Part shown: piece after piece, positions 13,810 to 27,739 of the stretch | How positions within the stretch are numbered: the stretch's first letter is position 1 | Layout: every line of letters starts with the position of its first letter | From: the human T2T-CHM13v2.0 reference genome, Homo sapiens | Length of the DNA: 64,000 bases | Strand: one strand, 5' to 3' | Assembly (NCBI RefSeq): GCF_009914755.1 | Contig: NC_060932.1 | Notes under the pieces: generated by a model | Database searches by the model: none | Seen by the model: the letters and a program-made list of their open reading frames with translations, nothing else | What the model was told of the DNA's origin: nothing | Program-made: the position numbers and the translations under genes

Positions 13810-15395
13810 TCTACACCTGCTACTACCATTGCCCAGCTTGGCGTTGTCCTGGTCATTTATCCATGTTTAGGGCTCTGTTCCACCAACTAGGTTCCATATT
13901 ACTTCATCCCAAGTGGGCAGTTCATGAAGAACAGGGCAAAGATCGCATTTCAATAAAGAGACATTCAAAAGCCCTTACTTTGTCAGATCCACAGATTGAG
14001 AGCATACAACCATTTTGTAAAAAACCCCAAGACCATGGAAAAGAAAAAAATGCACCCTAGGATTTCGCTGTATGTTCACATCTTCCCAAATGCACCTCAA
14101 TTGCCAACACTCACTCTGGATATTGTCACTTGTTTAAGTTGCTAGATAAATCTGTTACATTCTTGTTAAATTGACACACAGACAAGGGAAGAATTGCTCC
14201 TCTAACACATAAAATTACTTTTCAAATGAGGTTATTGGTGCCTTATAAGGACAACCTATTCCTTTATTCCCTCCTGATATTTTAGAAGATTCTTTTATTT
14301 CTTTAAAGCTGATTTAGGGGCATGGTTGGAAACAGCTGATCTTTTGTTACTAAAATAGGGCACAAAGCCCTAGGGAAAAATGTTAAAGTGATTGCATCAC
14401 TCAATATAATTTAACATTTTTTACTTAAGAATAGACTATCTTTTATATATGAAACATTGCCCTTCCTGCCCCTTCACCCACAGCCTCCCCTGGGAAGTGT
14501 TGCCAAGGTACTTTTCGTGAATAGTAATAATTTTTTAAGAAATGTTTTGGCTTTTCCTTGTTATATGTGGCACACATGTACTGGATGACAGACTCGTGCT
14601 CAAAAGGGGCAAACTGGTGCAGAAGGGTCTCTCTGAACACATGCCCTAATATGCCACCAGACATTCTCAGTCCTAACTAGTACTACTAACTCAGTACTAT
14701 CTAGTCCATTTTGATTATAAAACAGTCGCTTATTTTCTCTTTTGAGTTCAATACTTTCTTACAGAATTTTACATTGGGAAGGAACCATACTGTTAATCTA
14801 GCTGAAATTTCTTCAGTTTAGGGATGATGAAATGACTCCTTGTGTGGTTAATGAGCCTAAATCCCACAGTCTGGTGGTCAGCACAGGTGGTGCCAAAACC
14901 CCTCTGTACTATCTCCTCCTCAATTAGAGAAGGTCACATTTAGGCACAGGGATTTCAGGCTGCAGTGGACTCAAGGGGCCCTGCTCCCCTCGAGCAAAAG
15001 AGCAATTGCGAGGTACCCCAGCCTCCTGGTCTCAGAGATTTACTGGGTACCTGTGACTGTGGGTACTGGTCAGGAGCACTTGCAAGGTGCTTAGAGAGCA
15101 ACATGCTCCCTGGTGAGCGCCCTGCAGAGGGCATGCCACCAAGACAGTTCAACATCTTTGGCAAATGGGGAAAACTGAGGGAACCAAAAAATCCCACCAG
15201 TTAAACCTGATGACATGTGTTTGAAGGCGTTTTCCAACTTTGGAAAGACAAACCAGGGGCCTTTAGGGGCACTGGGGGGAAATCCGGGATGGGACCTAAG
15301 AATGCTGTTTTTAAGCACAAACCAAGGAATCACGTAATATAATATTCACATGGTTAGAGGAAATTAAAGATCAATCCTAATTACACTCGGCATGT

Positions 15396-15752
15396 GTATG
15401 TCTATTCAGGACAAAAACAAAATACCATAAACTGGGTAGATTATAAATAACAGATATTTATTTCCCACAGTTCTGGAGTATGAGAAGTTCAAACTCAAGA
15501 TGTAGGCAGATTCAATTCTGGTGAGGGCCACTTTCTGGTTCATAGATGGTACCTTCTAGCTGCCTCGACAAATGGTGGATGGGACAACCAAACTCTCTGG
15601 GGACTCTTTTGTAAGGGCACTAATCTCATTCATGAATGTTTTGCCCTTAAGGCATAATCATCACCCAAAGCCCCACCTCTTAATACTATCACCTTGGGAG
15701 TCAAATTTCAATAGATGAATGTGGGGGAGACACAAACATTCAGACCATATCA
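15396..15752 (-). mobile_element. MLT1A/MSTD-like MaLR LTR
   Basis: aaataccataaactgggt...cccacagttctggag; ends gacacaaacattcagaccatatca. Confidence 0.8.
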
Positions 15753-16399
15753 GCGTATGTGTGTGCAGAAGAGAGGGAGAGGGAGAGAGAATATGAATTT
15801 TCTCTACACTAATACCACCCACTTGTCTTCAATGGCAAATAATCCAGTTTTTAGGAAATTCCAACAGAAAACCTGAAGGCTCACAAACAGCAGGCAATGC
15901 CTACATTTTTAAAAGCCTCTTCTGAAATATTACTCCCTTGACTCTAAACTCATCTATTTCATAAAACTGAAAGAGAAACTAATTGCATCAGTATTCAGTT
16001 GGTTGCCCGAAAGACACCAGTTTCTAATTCCCATTTCTTCTTGTGGCAAAAGAGACTTTAGAAAGCACAGGTTTGATTCTTTCTACGGCAGCACATGGCT
16101 TCATAAAGCCATCTCAGCATGTGCCTCACCAGTTACACCTTAGCTATATTTTTCACTCTAGGCATCTATAAATGGCCTTCCCAGTTCTGACCTCATGAAT
16201 CCCACATCCTGCCCCAGCTCTCCTGAATCCCAGACCTGCATCCAGTTAGGAGCAGTTTCCTCATCTCCCCAGACAGCCTGCTCATGCCACCTGGATGCTG
16301 TACTTTTCTCTGTAACATCAAATTAAGTCCTATTTTAAAATCTTCTCTTAAAATTGACTTCCTGCAGAAAGTCTTTCTTTTGAGAAGCAAACTAAAGCC

Positions 16400-19300
16400 T
16401 AACTCATTTTTATTTAACTATTTTTCTTACTAATGTTTTTGTTCAATTAAAAAATACACATTTTTTAAAGTCAAATATTACTACAGGTCTTATAATGAGA
16501 ATTGCAGTCTCTTCTCCAACTCTTCCCCAATCCTCAGTATAACTCCCGGCTAATTATTTAAAATATTTCTTCTGTTGTTAACCTGCTTATATCTAAATAG
16601 CCTGTTATATTGCTATTCTTGATTTATTAATTTGAGGCATTATCACTCATCTATTATAGAAGGTTAACAATTAAACAATTTAATGTCTTCCTTCTCCATC
16701 CTTGTAATACAGTTAATTTCACAAATCTTTCATATCAGTGCAAATTCACATTCAGGTTTTATAATAGTATGACAATCAGGTATCATTCATACTTGAGTTG
16801 TAATGATTACACTTCATGTCACATGCAGCATTTTTTTTCTGTCCCCTTTTCATTGGCTTTATTTTGTAATGCACTTCATACTATTTCTTCACTAACTCTG
16901 AAAGAGTGCTATTAAATCCCTTGATGCTTTTATTCTACCTTTTGCCAAAAACATTATAAATTGATTACTTTCTTGCTTTTTCTCTTTTTCTGAAGATAAC
17001 CCTCCCGCAGCCATTTGCCTTGCTCTGATCTGGATCAGTTACTGTCTGAATTTGCTAGATGATGATGGCCATGGAACTCCCCTTGGCCTCTGCCTGGTAC
17101 TGGGCTCCCTAATTACTGGATTCTAGTTATTCCTGAGGAAGGACACACCACAGGTAAAATTGAATTCTGAAAGTGTCTCAAGCTCTTATACCTGATTGAA
17201 GGTTTGAGTGTGTATGGTTAGGTATTTAGGTTGTAAATTTATTTAGTTAGTAAATAATTTTGTTTTATAATTTTTTTCTTGTTATCTAGTGTGATACTAT
17301 TTTTATTTTAAAAATGTATAGTTGACAGAGATTGAATATATTCAAAGTGAACAAGGCAAAGGGCAATATATATCAATGAGTTGATATACATCTTATAACT
17401 GAAAGTTTGTACTCTTCAACCAACATGTCCCCATTTCTCCCACTCCCCACTCCCAGGCAACCACTGCTCTATTCTCTGCTTCTATGAGTTTGACTTTTTT
17501 AGATGCCACATATAAGTGATATCATACAGTGTTTGTCTTTCTATATCTGGCTTACTTCACTTAGCATAATGTCCTCCAGATTCATTCATGTTGTTGCATG
17601 TGGCAGGATATCCTTCTTTTTAAAGGCTGAATAATATCCCATTGTGTTTATATACTAAAGTTTTTCTTCATTTGCCTGTTGATAGACATTCAGGTTGTTT
17701 CCATATCTTGACTATAGTAAATAATGCTGTAATAAACACGGGGGTGCAGATACCTCTTTGAGTTACTGACTTCATTTCCATTAGATATATAATTAGAGTA
17801 GGACTGTTGAATTGTATAATAATTCTATTTTTAATTTTTTGAGGAACCTCCACATGGTTTTCCATTATGGCACCAATTTACATTTCCACCAACAGTGTAC
17901 ATGTGTTCCCTTTTCTTTGCATCCTCATCAACACTTGTTACCTCATTTTTTTCATAATAGCCATCCTAACAGGTATGAGGTGATATCTCACTGTCCTTTT
18001 GATTCGCATTTCTCTGATGAATAGTGATGTTGAGCACATTTTCATATACCTGTTGGCCATTTGCAGGTCTTTGAAAAAATGTCTACTTAGGCCCTTTGCC
18101 AATTTTTAAATTGGGTTATTCAGTTTTTTTGCCATTGAGTTGCATTAGTTCCTTCTATATTTTGGTTATTAACCCCTTATCAGATATATGGTTTGCAAAT
18201 ACTTTCTCCTGTTCCATAGATTGCTTTTTCATTTTATTGTTTCTTTTGCTGTGCAGAAACTTTTTAGTTTGCTGTAGTCCCACTTGTTCATTTTTGCTTT
18301 TGTTGTCTGTGCTTTCCATGTCATATCCACAAAATTATTGCCAAGAGGAATGTCTTTTTATAATTTTGAAAGGATTAGTCCATTACATTATAACTTTTAG
18401 TGTTGCTGTTGGAAACCTGATGACTTTTAGATTCTCCCTCTTCCTATCCTTCCTTCTCTAGAAGCTTTATAGGAGTCAGGATAGTATAGTGTTTAGGGGT
18501 ATAAAATTTGGAGCCAGACTGCATGTTTGGAGATCTGACTCTGCCACTTATTTGCTGTGTGATTTGGGGCAAATTACTTATCTCTGTGCCTTAGTTTATA
18601 AAGCTTTTCTCAAGAGGCCCTTTAAGAATTAAATGTGTGAAAAGTGCTTGCACTATATGCAAGTATAGCTATGATGATGATGAGGATTTTAAGACCTTCT
18701 CTTTCTTTCCTGTTTCTTGAAATTTCATGGCAATATGCCTTAATGTAAAGGCAGGGTACTCAGTGGCACCCTTCAACCTGAAAACTCACATTTTTTCTAT
18801 TCTGAACTATCTTCTAATATTATTCATTTCTTCATTTCTTCTTCTTTTTTTTTTTTTGCCTATTCTCCCTGGAACTCTTTTTATCTGAATGTCAGCTATG
18901 TTAAATTGAGCCTCTAATCATCCTATGTTTTCTATCTTCCATCTTTGCCTTTTTGTTTTTCCTTCTGGGAGATTTCCTTAACTTAGCTTCTAATACTGCT
19001 TTAAATTCTTATTTCTGCAAATCACACTTTTTAATTTCTGAGAGCCCTTTCTGGGTCTTCAATTCTTCCTTTTTACAGTATCCCATACTTGTTTTACAGA
19101 TACACATCTTCTCTTATTGCTCTGAGTATATTAGAGGTATTATTTTGTTTTTCTTTTGTTCCCTACATTTTCTCGATTTCCCACAAGCTACATCATTCTT
19201 TTTGTTTTGTTCATCTTTCGTGTTAAAAATCTCCTTAATGTTTCGTGATCCTTGGCTGTCAGTCCTATAAAATTGAGACTACAATTGGACATCTTGTGAA
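16400..19300 (-). mobile_element. Cluster of old L1 fragments; L1MA/MB-type 3' end at about 17300-18350 within older L1M sequence
   Basis: tagcataatgtcctccagattcattcatg...; ORF 17668..17865(-) is a decayed ORF2 C-terminus (CTPVFITALFTIVKIWKQP). Confidence 0.8.
18470..18680 (+). mobile_element. MIR SINE
   Basis: tggagccagactgc...ctctgccacttatttgctgtgtgatttggggcaaattactt. Confidence 0.8.
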
Positions 19301-19694
19301 AGGGCAGAGCCTGTGTCTGACAGGCCTCCATGTTGGGTGCATTGTCAAGCCAGTTTGTTTGTTTTTTAATTGGGGATCCTAAAATGTCAGCGTAGATAAG
19401 TCTATTCTCTGAGGCCATGCAGTTTCTTGAATTGCTGTAGTACCAGGTGCCTTGAATTTCTTCTTTGGAAGCTTCTCTGTAATTGCTACAGTTTCTGCTG
19501 TCTTAGATCTGCCAAATCATCTACTTCTGTTTTCCACTTTCAAAATTACACGCTGACACTGTTCATCTGCTATTGTCTCCCTTTAAAAAATACAATTTGT
19601 GCCATTTTATTCTTGTATTGTCATTTAAGTGAGGTTTCAGGTGGGGGGTGCTATTAAATGCATGTGCTCAGTTTGTTTAATCCTTCTTGACTCT

Positions 19695-20077
<383 letters not shown>

Positions 20078-20559
20078 TAATCCAACCATCTAGTGATGCT
20101 TAGAAAGAAAATCCTATTAGCCGGCAAAACCCCTTATTAGTCTTTCAAATTCGTTTTTAAGAGATCATCAAACTCAAAGTAATGATATTCCACATGCTAG
20201 AGATATGCAGTAGAAAGTAAAAAAAAAAGTATCAGCATATTTTACATTTTGAATCAAACTCTGCTAATCCATATATTGATTTCTTGTTGACCTGGTTTCT
20301 TTTTGCCTCTTGGCCTATACACTTTCCTTGCATCACTTAGTTAGTATATCCTCAATCCCATGACACACTCAGATGATGATACAAGTGATACTTGAGGTTT
20401 GACCTAAACCATTTTAATTTTGTTCTAATCAATCATAATTGGTCTGAGCTTTAAATATTTTCTTGTATGTGGGAAAATAGGACCATTCCGAGAAAAGTTT
20501 TTGCTGAGGCAGTTAGTACACATTTCAGTAACGGGATTTACGAAGGAAAGTCACTAATG

Positions 20560-20962
20560 GTAATTTGCAAGGGCAGCCATAACAAAGTATCACTGGGTGG
20601 TTTAAACAACAGAAATTTCTGTTCTCACAGTTCTGGAGGCTAGAAGTTCAAGACCAAGGTCAGCAAGTTTGGTTTCTTTCGAGGGCTCTCTCCTGGGCTT
20701 ACAGAGGGCCAACTTCTCACTGTCTGCATGTGGCATTTCCTTGGCGGACATGCATCCTGGGTGTCTCTCTTTGTTTCCAAAGTTCCTCTTCTTATAAGGA
20801 CACCAATCAAATTGGACTACGGTCCACCCTAATGGCCTCTTTTTAACTTCACTATCTCTTTAAAGACCCAAACACAGTCTCTTAATACAGTCACATTCTG
20901 AGGTCGTGGGGAGTAGAATTTCAGAGTAGGAATTGTGGGAAGCAACAGTTCAGCCCGTAACA
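20560..20962 (-). mobile_element. MLT1B/C-like MaLR LTR
   Basis: tttaaacaacagaaatttctgttctcacagttctggaggctagaagt...cttataaggacacc...cagttcagcccgtaaca. Confidence 0.8.
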
Positions 20963-21777
20963 CTTATATAGCTTCAAGTTTGAAAAAGCTCTAGCTACAA
21001 AAGCAAACAGCAGATGGAAGGGGATCAAGAATATATTCACATCAACATAGGAAAAGGTAAATTCGCAGGAGCAAAATAAAACACAGTTTTGAAGAAATGC
21101 AGGAAGAGCTGTTTTTAACATGTGAACAAAACAACTCTTAGGGTTCAGTGTAACATAAGCAAGATTAGGTTAGTAACTCTTTGTGACTAGCTGTTAAGAA
21201 AAAGAGGCATCGAGAAAACAGACACTGGAAATTGAGAAAAGTCCCAGAGTTTTATACATTCCTTGAAAGTTTCTGACTCTAAATTGAGGAAAGGGATGCT
21301 GTGAAAGGCTATTCTTGGCAAAGTCTGTGTATTAAATTGGAGTTAGAATGAATTGATAACAATGGTGCATTAGTATACTGTGTACTAAATTTTATCTAAT
21401 TGGTTAAGAATATGCTTGTCATTAGTTATTATTTGAGGAATTATGTATCTTATTTTTAAGAGATAAAATCAGCTTGCTTAAATTTTAGTCAAAACATGCC
21501 TATACTCTAAACATGATAAGACGAGTAGCAGTGTAATCTGCCTTAGAAACAACATCCCAGGATGGCGGGGATCCCCCTGGGTGCTGAGATGAGGTTATTA
21601 CATCAAACACCATGGGACTGTAATGCTATTGCAGCAAATTCTCTTTGCAATACTTCTAACAACACCGCTAAGGAAATTACTAGCATTAAAGTGTAATCTC
21701 TCACTGGTCCTAATACACTTTGATTAGATCTCCTTGTTTTTCAAGTGTGAATATACAGATAAAAGAAAACAGGTGAC

Positions 21778-22080
<303 letters not shown>

Positions 22081-22099
22081 AACAGGTGACATTTCTTAT

Positions 22100-22650
22100 T
22101 GTGGAAATAAAAGTCAATGAAGTGAGAAATGCAAAGCCTATTTATTCTAAGCTTGCTACAGCAAGGGAGTCAGCCACTGTCACTTGTGTTTTGGCAGACA
22201 CTCTAAAGGCAGGCAGAGGAGTAGGAAAGCTTTATAATAGGAAGAGAAGGCTTCAGGCATGCTCTGAGTGGGGGCTGTTGGCCTAAGGAAGCTAGAAGTG
22301 GCTAACTAGAAGCAGGACATCCTATGTGATTAGAGGAGGGTGCATATTTGGCTCTCTCTGGTTGGGCTTACGTTGGAACTGTGGACAAAATTCAGGGAAG
22401 CCTTTAGTTATTAATCAAATCCTGGCTATTTGGGGCTATTCTGATTGTTACAGAATTGATTGTGTAGCTCCCTGGATTGTTACTAGATACAGAAGTCTGG
22501 CTTCCTGCAAGTCTGACTTATAGCATGCTGGTTTCCTGGGCTGTTTATCATAGATAAGGGATTGGTTTCCTGGGCAGGTTACTGCAGGTTGTGGGTCAAA
22601 ATTCTATTTTTACATATAGTCTGGCTACTGACTGTGAATTCAGCCTCTCA
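22100..22650 (-). mobile_element. MER31-like ERV1 solo LTR
   Basis: Reverse strand begins tgagaggctgaa...tatgtaaaaatagaattttgacccacaacctgcagtaacctgcccaggaaacc, as recalled for MER31. Confidence 0.7.
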
Positions 22651-23119
22651 TCATCCTTGCTGAAGGAAAAGGATAACATGAGGCACCTAGCTAGCACTGG
22701 GGTGACAGGAGAGTCTTGGAGAAATGACTTTTGCTCGTTCTAGTGAGTGAGAGAAAAAGGATTGCTTCACCTGAGAGGAAGGAGAAAAGATAATCCAGGT
22801 TGCCAGGACAAACAACCAGCCTGAGGGCTTCAAGGACTCAGATGGCAGAGGAGAACCATATTCCTCATATATTGGCTCAGACAGGCAGGGAAGCCAGTCC
22901 GCCCTATCAGTCAGAGAAGGTAAAGGGAAGATGGGGAGCTGACTTCATGTCCCACCTACCAGCTGGAAACAGTGCACTAAGGGACATCCTGAGTGATGCT
23001 AGAGTAGCAGCCCCACAGTCACTAATCTCAGGCAGCTGAAACTTTATGTGTATATAAGCAACAAATTTCTTGACAAAGAGATAAACAAATTGCCTATAAT
23101 GTGTATGTGCATATGCACA

Positions 23120-23396
<277 letters not shown>

Positions 23397-24701
23397 TAAG
23401 ACATCTATCTGTGTAGCATATTGAGACAAATCATGACCTACTGAATTAAACATTTTAGAACCCCAAATGGAGTACCAACCTAGAGGTATAGTTTGCAATT
23501 ATTCTGAAATATCAAACGTTGTGCTGTAAGTTCCCAAAGAGGGTCAGAGAGAAAGCCAATTTGTAGGTCTTTTTTTTTCTCCCACATTGACAAATAATAA
23601 AAACTCACTGATTTTGCTTTCAGAAAAAAAAAGCCTCTTTGTATGAAATAACTCAAAGAATATAAAACACTGTGTTCCTTTGCTCTGCTGCCATAATTGG
23701 CATCATAGGCCACCCTATAGCCTCAGCCGTGTGGACTCTTATTAAGGGCTCATATCTAAATAGCACACAGGAACATCCATGATGGAAGGCTTCATTTTGT
23801 TTTGTGTTTTAAGCCTTACCAAAACGTCACGGGAGAAGAGGAGCTGAGGTAATTATTTTGAATTTAGAGATAAAAAAACAAAAAACAACAAAAAACCAGG
23901 CTCAGATAGGTAAAAGGACTTGCCCAAAGTGTCAGAGCTGACAGCAAAACAAATCTGTTTCTAATTATGGAGCCCTTTTAAAAAGTTCACCGTTAAATCA
24001 TGTAATTATCAAACTCCACACTCCAATTGTTGTTTTGTTGACATCTTCAGTGAAAGTGTCATCGAAACCCAAACAGTTTAAAGTTTGATTTAGAAAGATA
24101 AGACTAAGCTATTATGTTAATCTTAAGAAATTGCTTTCAGTACTTCTTGATACTATATTTACTTTTACATAAAAGTAAATTATATAAATTATTAATCCTC
24201 TTAATTTACAGCTTAATTCCACTATAAATCTGACATTTTTGCTTTCTCAAATTATTTCATTTCAAAAGCAGTCCAGTGAAAACATTCAAGTATTTAATTA
24301 CAAAGAAAGAAATGCTGAACCACTAATTTAGTGCTGTGTAAGTCTTATTTTTGTCTAGGCGAAGTCATTCATACACAATGGATTTCTTAATTAATAAAAG
24401 CCACAGTGTGAAGGAAAGTGACAGAGTGCTATTCTAATCAATCATTCCAATGCACTATGTCACATCACTGGCAAAATATTACTGGGCACTCTTCCAGCTG
24501 TAATAAAACTACAATATGAAGAAAGGCAAACTTATATATGATGCTATTTTGGATCACAAAACTTATTTATGATGCTGTTTGGATGTGTTTATATCCAAGC
24601 AGCTGCGCTGAAAAACTGGGAAAAGAATGCAGTTTTCCTTTTTCTCAGTGATGAATGCAGAGTTAGACAGCAGGAGAAACAAATACAAAAAATATATTTT
24701 A

Positions 24702-24997
<296 letters not shown>

Positions 24998-25013
24998 TTA
25001 AAATTATAGTTTT

Positions 25014-25439
25014 TGTTATCAGCGGTAGTTTTCTGTATGGGTCTGCAGCAACCTCAATTCTTTCCTCCTCAGAAGGATGAATTCGACTGAGGGGCATAAA
25101 GCAGGAGAGACCGAGGCAAATTTTAGAGCAGGAGTGAAAGTTTGTTAAAAAGCTTTAGAACAGTAAAGAAAGGAAGGAAGGAAAGCACACCTGGATGAGG
25201 GCCAAGCAGGCTGAGAGATCAAATGCCCTGCTTGACCTCTCGGCTTGGGGTTATACTTCCAGGATCTTGCGTTACTTCTCCCCACTCCTGAGACCTTACT
25301 GGGAAGCTGCTGATCAGTTTCAGGTGTTTTCTATCTATTAGGAGACTGCCTTTCCCTGGTGCCGGCTGTGACCAATTATTACTTTAGAGAAAAGTTAACA
25401 ACTGCCTGACCATCATGTGATGGTCACCTAACACTTCTG

Positions 25440-25476
<37 letters not shown>

Positions 25477-25524
25477 TGTCCCTCTCCTGCGCTGCTTATG
25501 CCTGACGAGCTACCTACTCTAACA
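25014..25524 (-). mobile_element. MER50-like ERV1 solo LTR containing a (TG)n microsatellite (about 25442-25475)
   Basis: Reverse strand begins tgttagagtaggtag; TG...CA ends; perfect 5-bp TSD gtttt (25009-25013, 25525-25529). Confidence 0.75.
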
Positions 25525-25927
25525 GTTTTGAGTTGCTATTGGTTGTTTATTTTCAATGTTACTATAGTGTTTTCTATGAATGTGTGTTTACATCTAAATT
25601 AGTGTGGATCAAATAGTTAATCCCGAAAAGGGAAGAGCAAAACTCTTAAGCTTTAATGGCTTTTCTCTAACTATAGGACATCTTTTCTATTTTTACCCTA
25701 GCAAAGATTTTAATCCATTTTTGTTTCAATTTCTATGTTAAATAAGCCCAAGGCACTTGGTGCTTTGATAGTTGTGATTTGGGCAACAACCTACTCAATT
25801 TTAAGGAAAATAAGCTGAAAAGAGAAAACTCTACTGGAATATTTTTCACTAATGTTTTCCTTGAGTTGAATAGCCTCTCCACACTCCTAGTGCTAGAGCT
25901 GCCAAATTATATTTACACAATGAGGGG

Positions 25928-26335
25928 TGATATTGTTTGGATGTATGTCCCCATCCAAATCTCATAATCTCATGTTAATTGTAATCCTCAGTGTTAGAGG
26001 TGGGGCCTGGTGGGAGGAGATTGGACCATGGGGGTGATTTCTCATCAACGGTTCAGTACCATCGCTCTTGGTACTGTCCTCGTGATAGTGAATGAGTTCT
26101 TGGAGATCTGGTCGTTTACATGTATGTAACACCTCACCTGCCCCAGCTCTCTTGCTCCTGTTCATGCTGCCATGTAAGCGTCCTGTGATTGAAAGCTTCC
26201 TGTGGCCTCCCTAGAAGCAGATGCCACCATGCTTCCTATACAGCCTGCAGAACCGTGAGCCAATTAAACCTTTTTTCTTTATAAACTACCCAGTCTCAGG
26301 TATTTCTTTATAGCAATGCAAGAATGGACTAATAC
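25928..26335 (+). mobile_element. MST (MSTB-like) MaLR solo LTR
   Basis: tgatattgtttggatgtatgtcccc start; cagcctgcagaaccgtgagccaattaaacc...gaatggactaatac end. Confidence 0.88.
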
Positions 26336-26544
26336 CAGTCTCAGGTATTTCTTTATAGCGATGCAAGAATGGACTATTTCAGTTTAATGCTAACATAGTT
26401 TCAAGGGCATACAGAAATTCAACCAAAGGGGAAAACACATATGATGCATTTTACTGAGCACTGTCCCCTGCCTTCAGGAAAACTGCACTCTATCTCTCAC
26501 TGTAATGTAGAGCAAGAAGTAAGTTGAATGAAAATGTGCTATCA

Positions 26545-26700
26545 GGCCAGGCGCAGTGGTTCATGCCTGTAATCCTAGCACTTTAGGAGGCGGAGGTGGG
26601 TGGATCGCTTGAGCTCAGGAGTTCTAAACCAGCCTGGGCATCATGGTGAAACGCCATCTTTATAATTTTAAAAATAAGAATTGAAAAAAAAATTAAGAAA
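26545..26700 (+). mobile_element. Alu left monomer (FLAM_C/AluJ-type)
   Basis: ggccaggcgcagtgg...gatcgcttgagctcaggagtt followed by an A-rich tail. Confidence 0.8.
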
Positions 26701-26711
26701 GGGAAATGAGA

Positions 26712-27135
<424 letters not shown>

Positions 27136-27739
27136 TCACTCAAGGGCCAAAATCTGGGTAATTATTCTAAAAGTATTTTGGCCAAATGTTGCAGCTACCA
27201 AATCTAGAGGGTTTCCACTTTAAGACGTCAATACTTGGGTGATGTTCCATGACTCATAATATTCAATTCTGTAATTTGAAAATTACAATAGAAGAATATC
27301 TTGATGTTCCAGGGTCTGTCAACTAAACGGTCAATGAACTCTGGGTTTCTGCACACAGCAGCTCTCTTAATGTCACAGTCACTACTGTCAAGTGGTCATC
27401 CTGACGTTACTTTTTTTTTAAGTCATAAATTAACATTCCTGCAAATATAGTTCTCAAAGTACAATCACACAGCATGGAGTTGTAACCATGAGATGCCACA
27501 CACACTGAGATTCCATGCACTGAGAATTCTATGATTCACACTCTGATCTTGCTTTTCTTCTTAAATAAAGCAGAGTTTAAGACAGGCAGGGCTGAAAGAA
27601 AAAAGCCCAAGGAAATAAGAATTTTAATAAAATACTTGATATCAAAAAGGAAAAGGACACAAGATATATAAGCAGAAGTCAGTAACTTTGACAGCAGTAG
27701 TGGGGTACTGGCAAGCAAACAGATTTTGAGGACAAGGAG

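Noticed and set aside
21530-21605. Small palindrome/hairpin (cccagg...ggggatcccc...ctggg) as an ncRNA or ancient element
   Set aside because: Stem too short to exceed chance; no recognisable RNA family motif.
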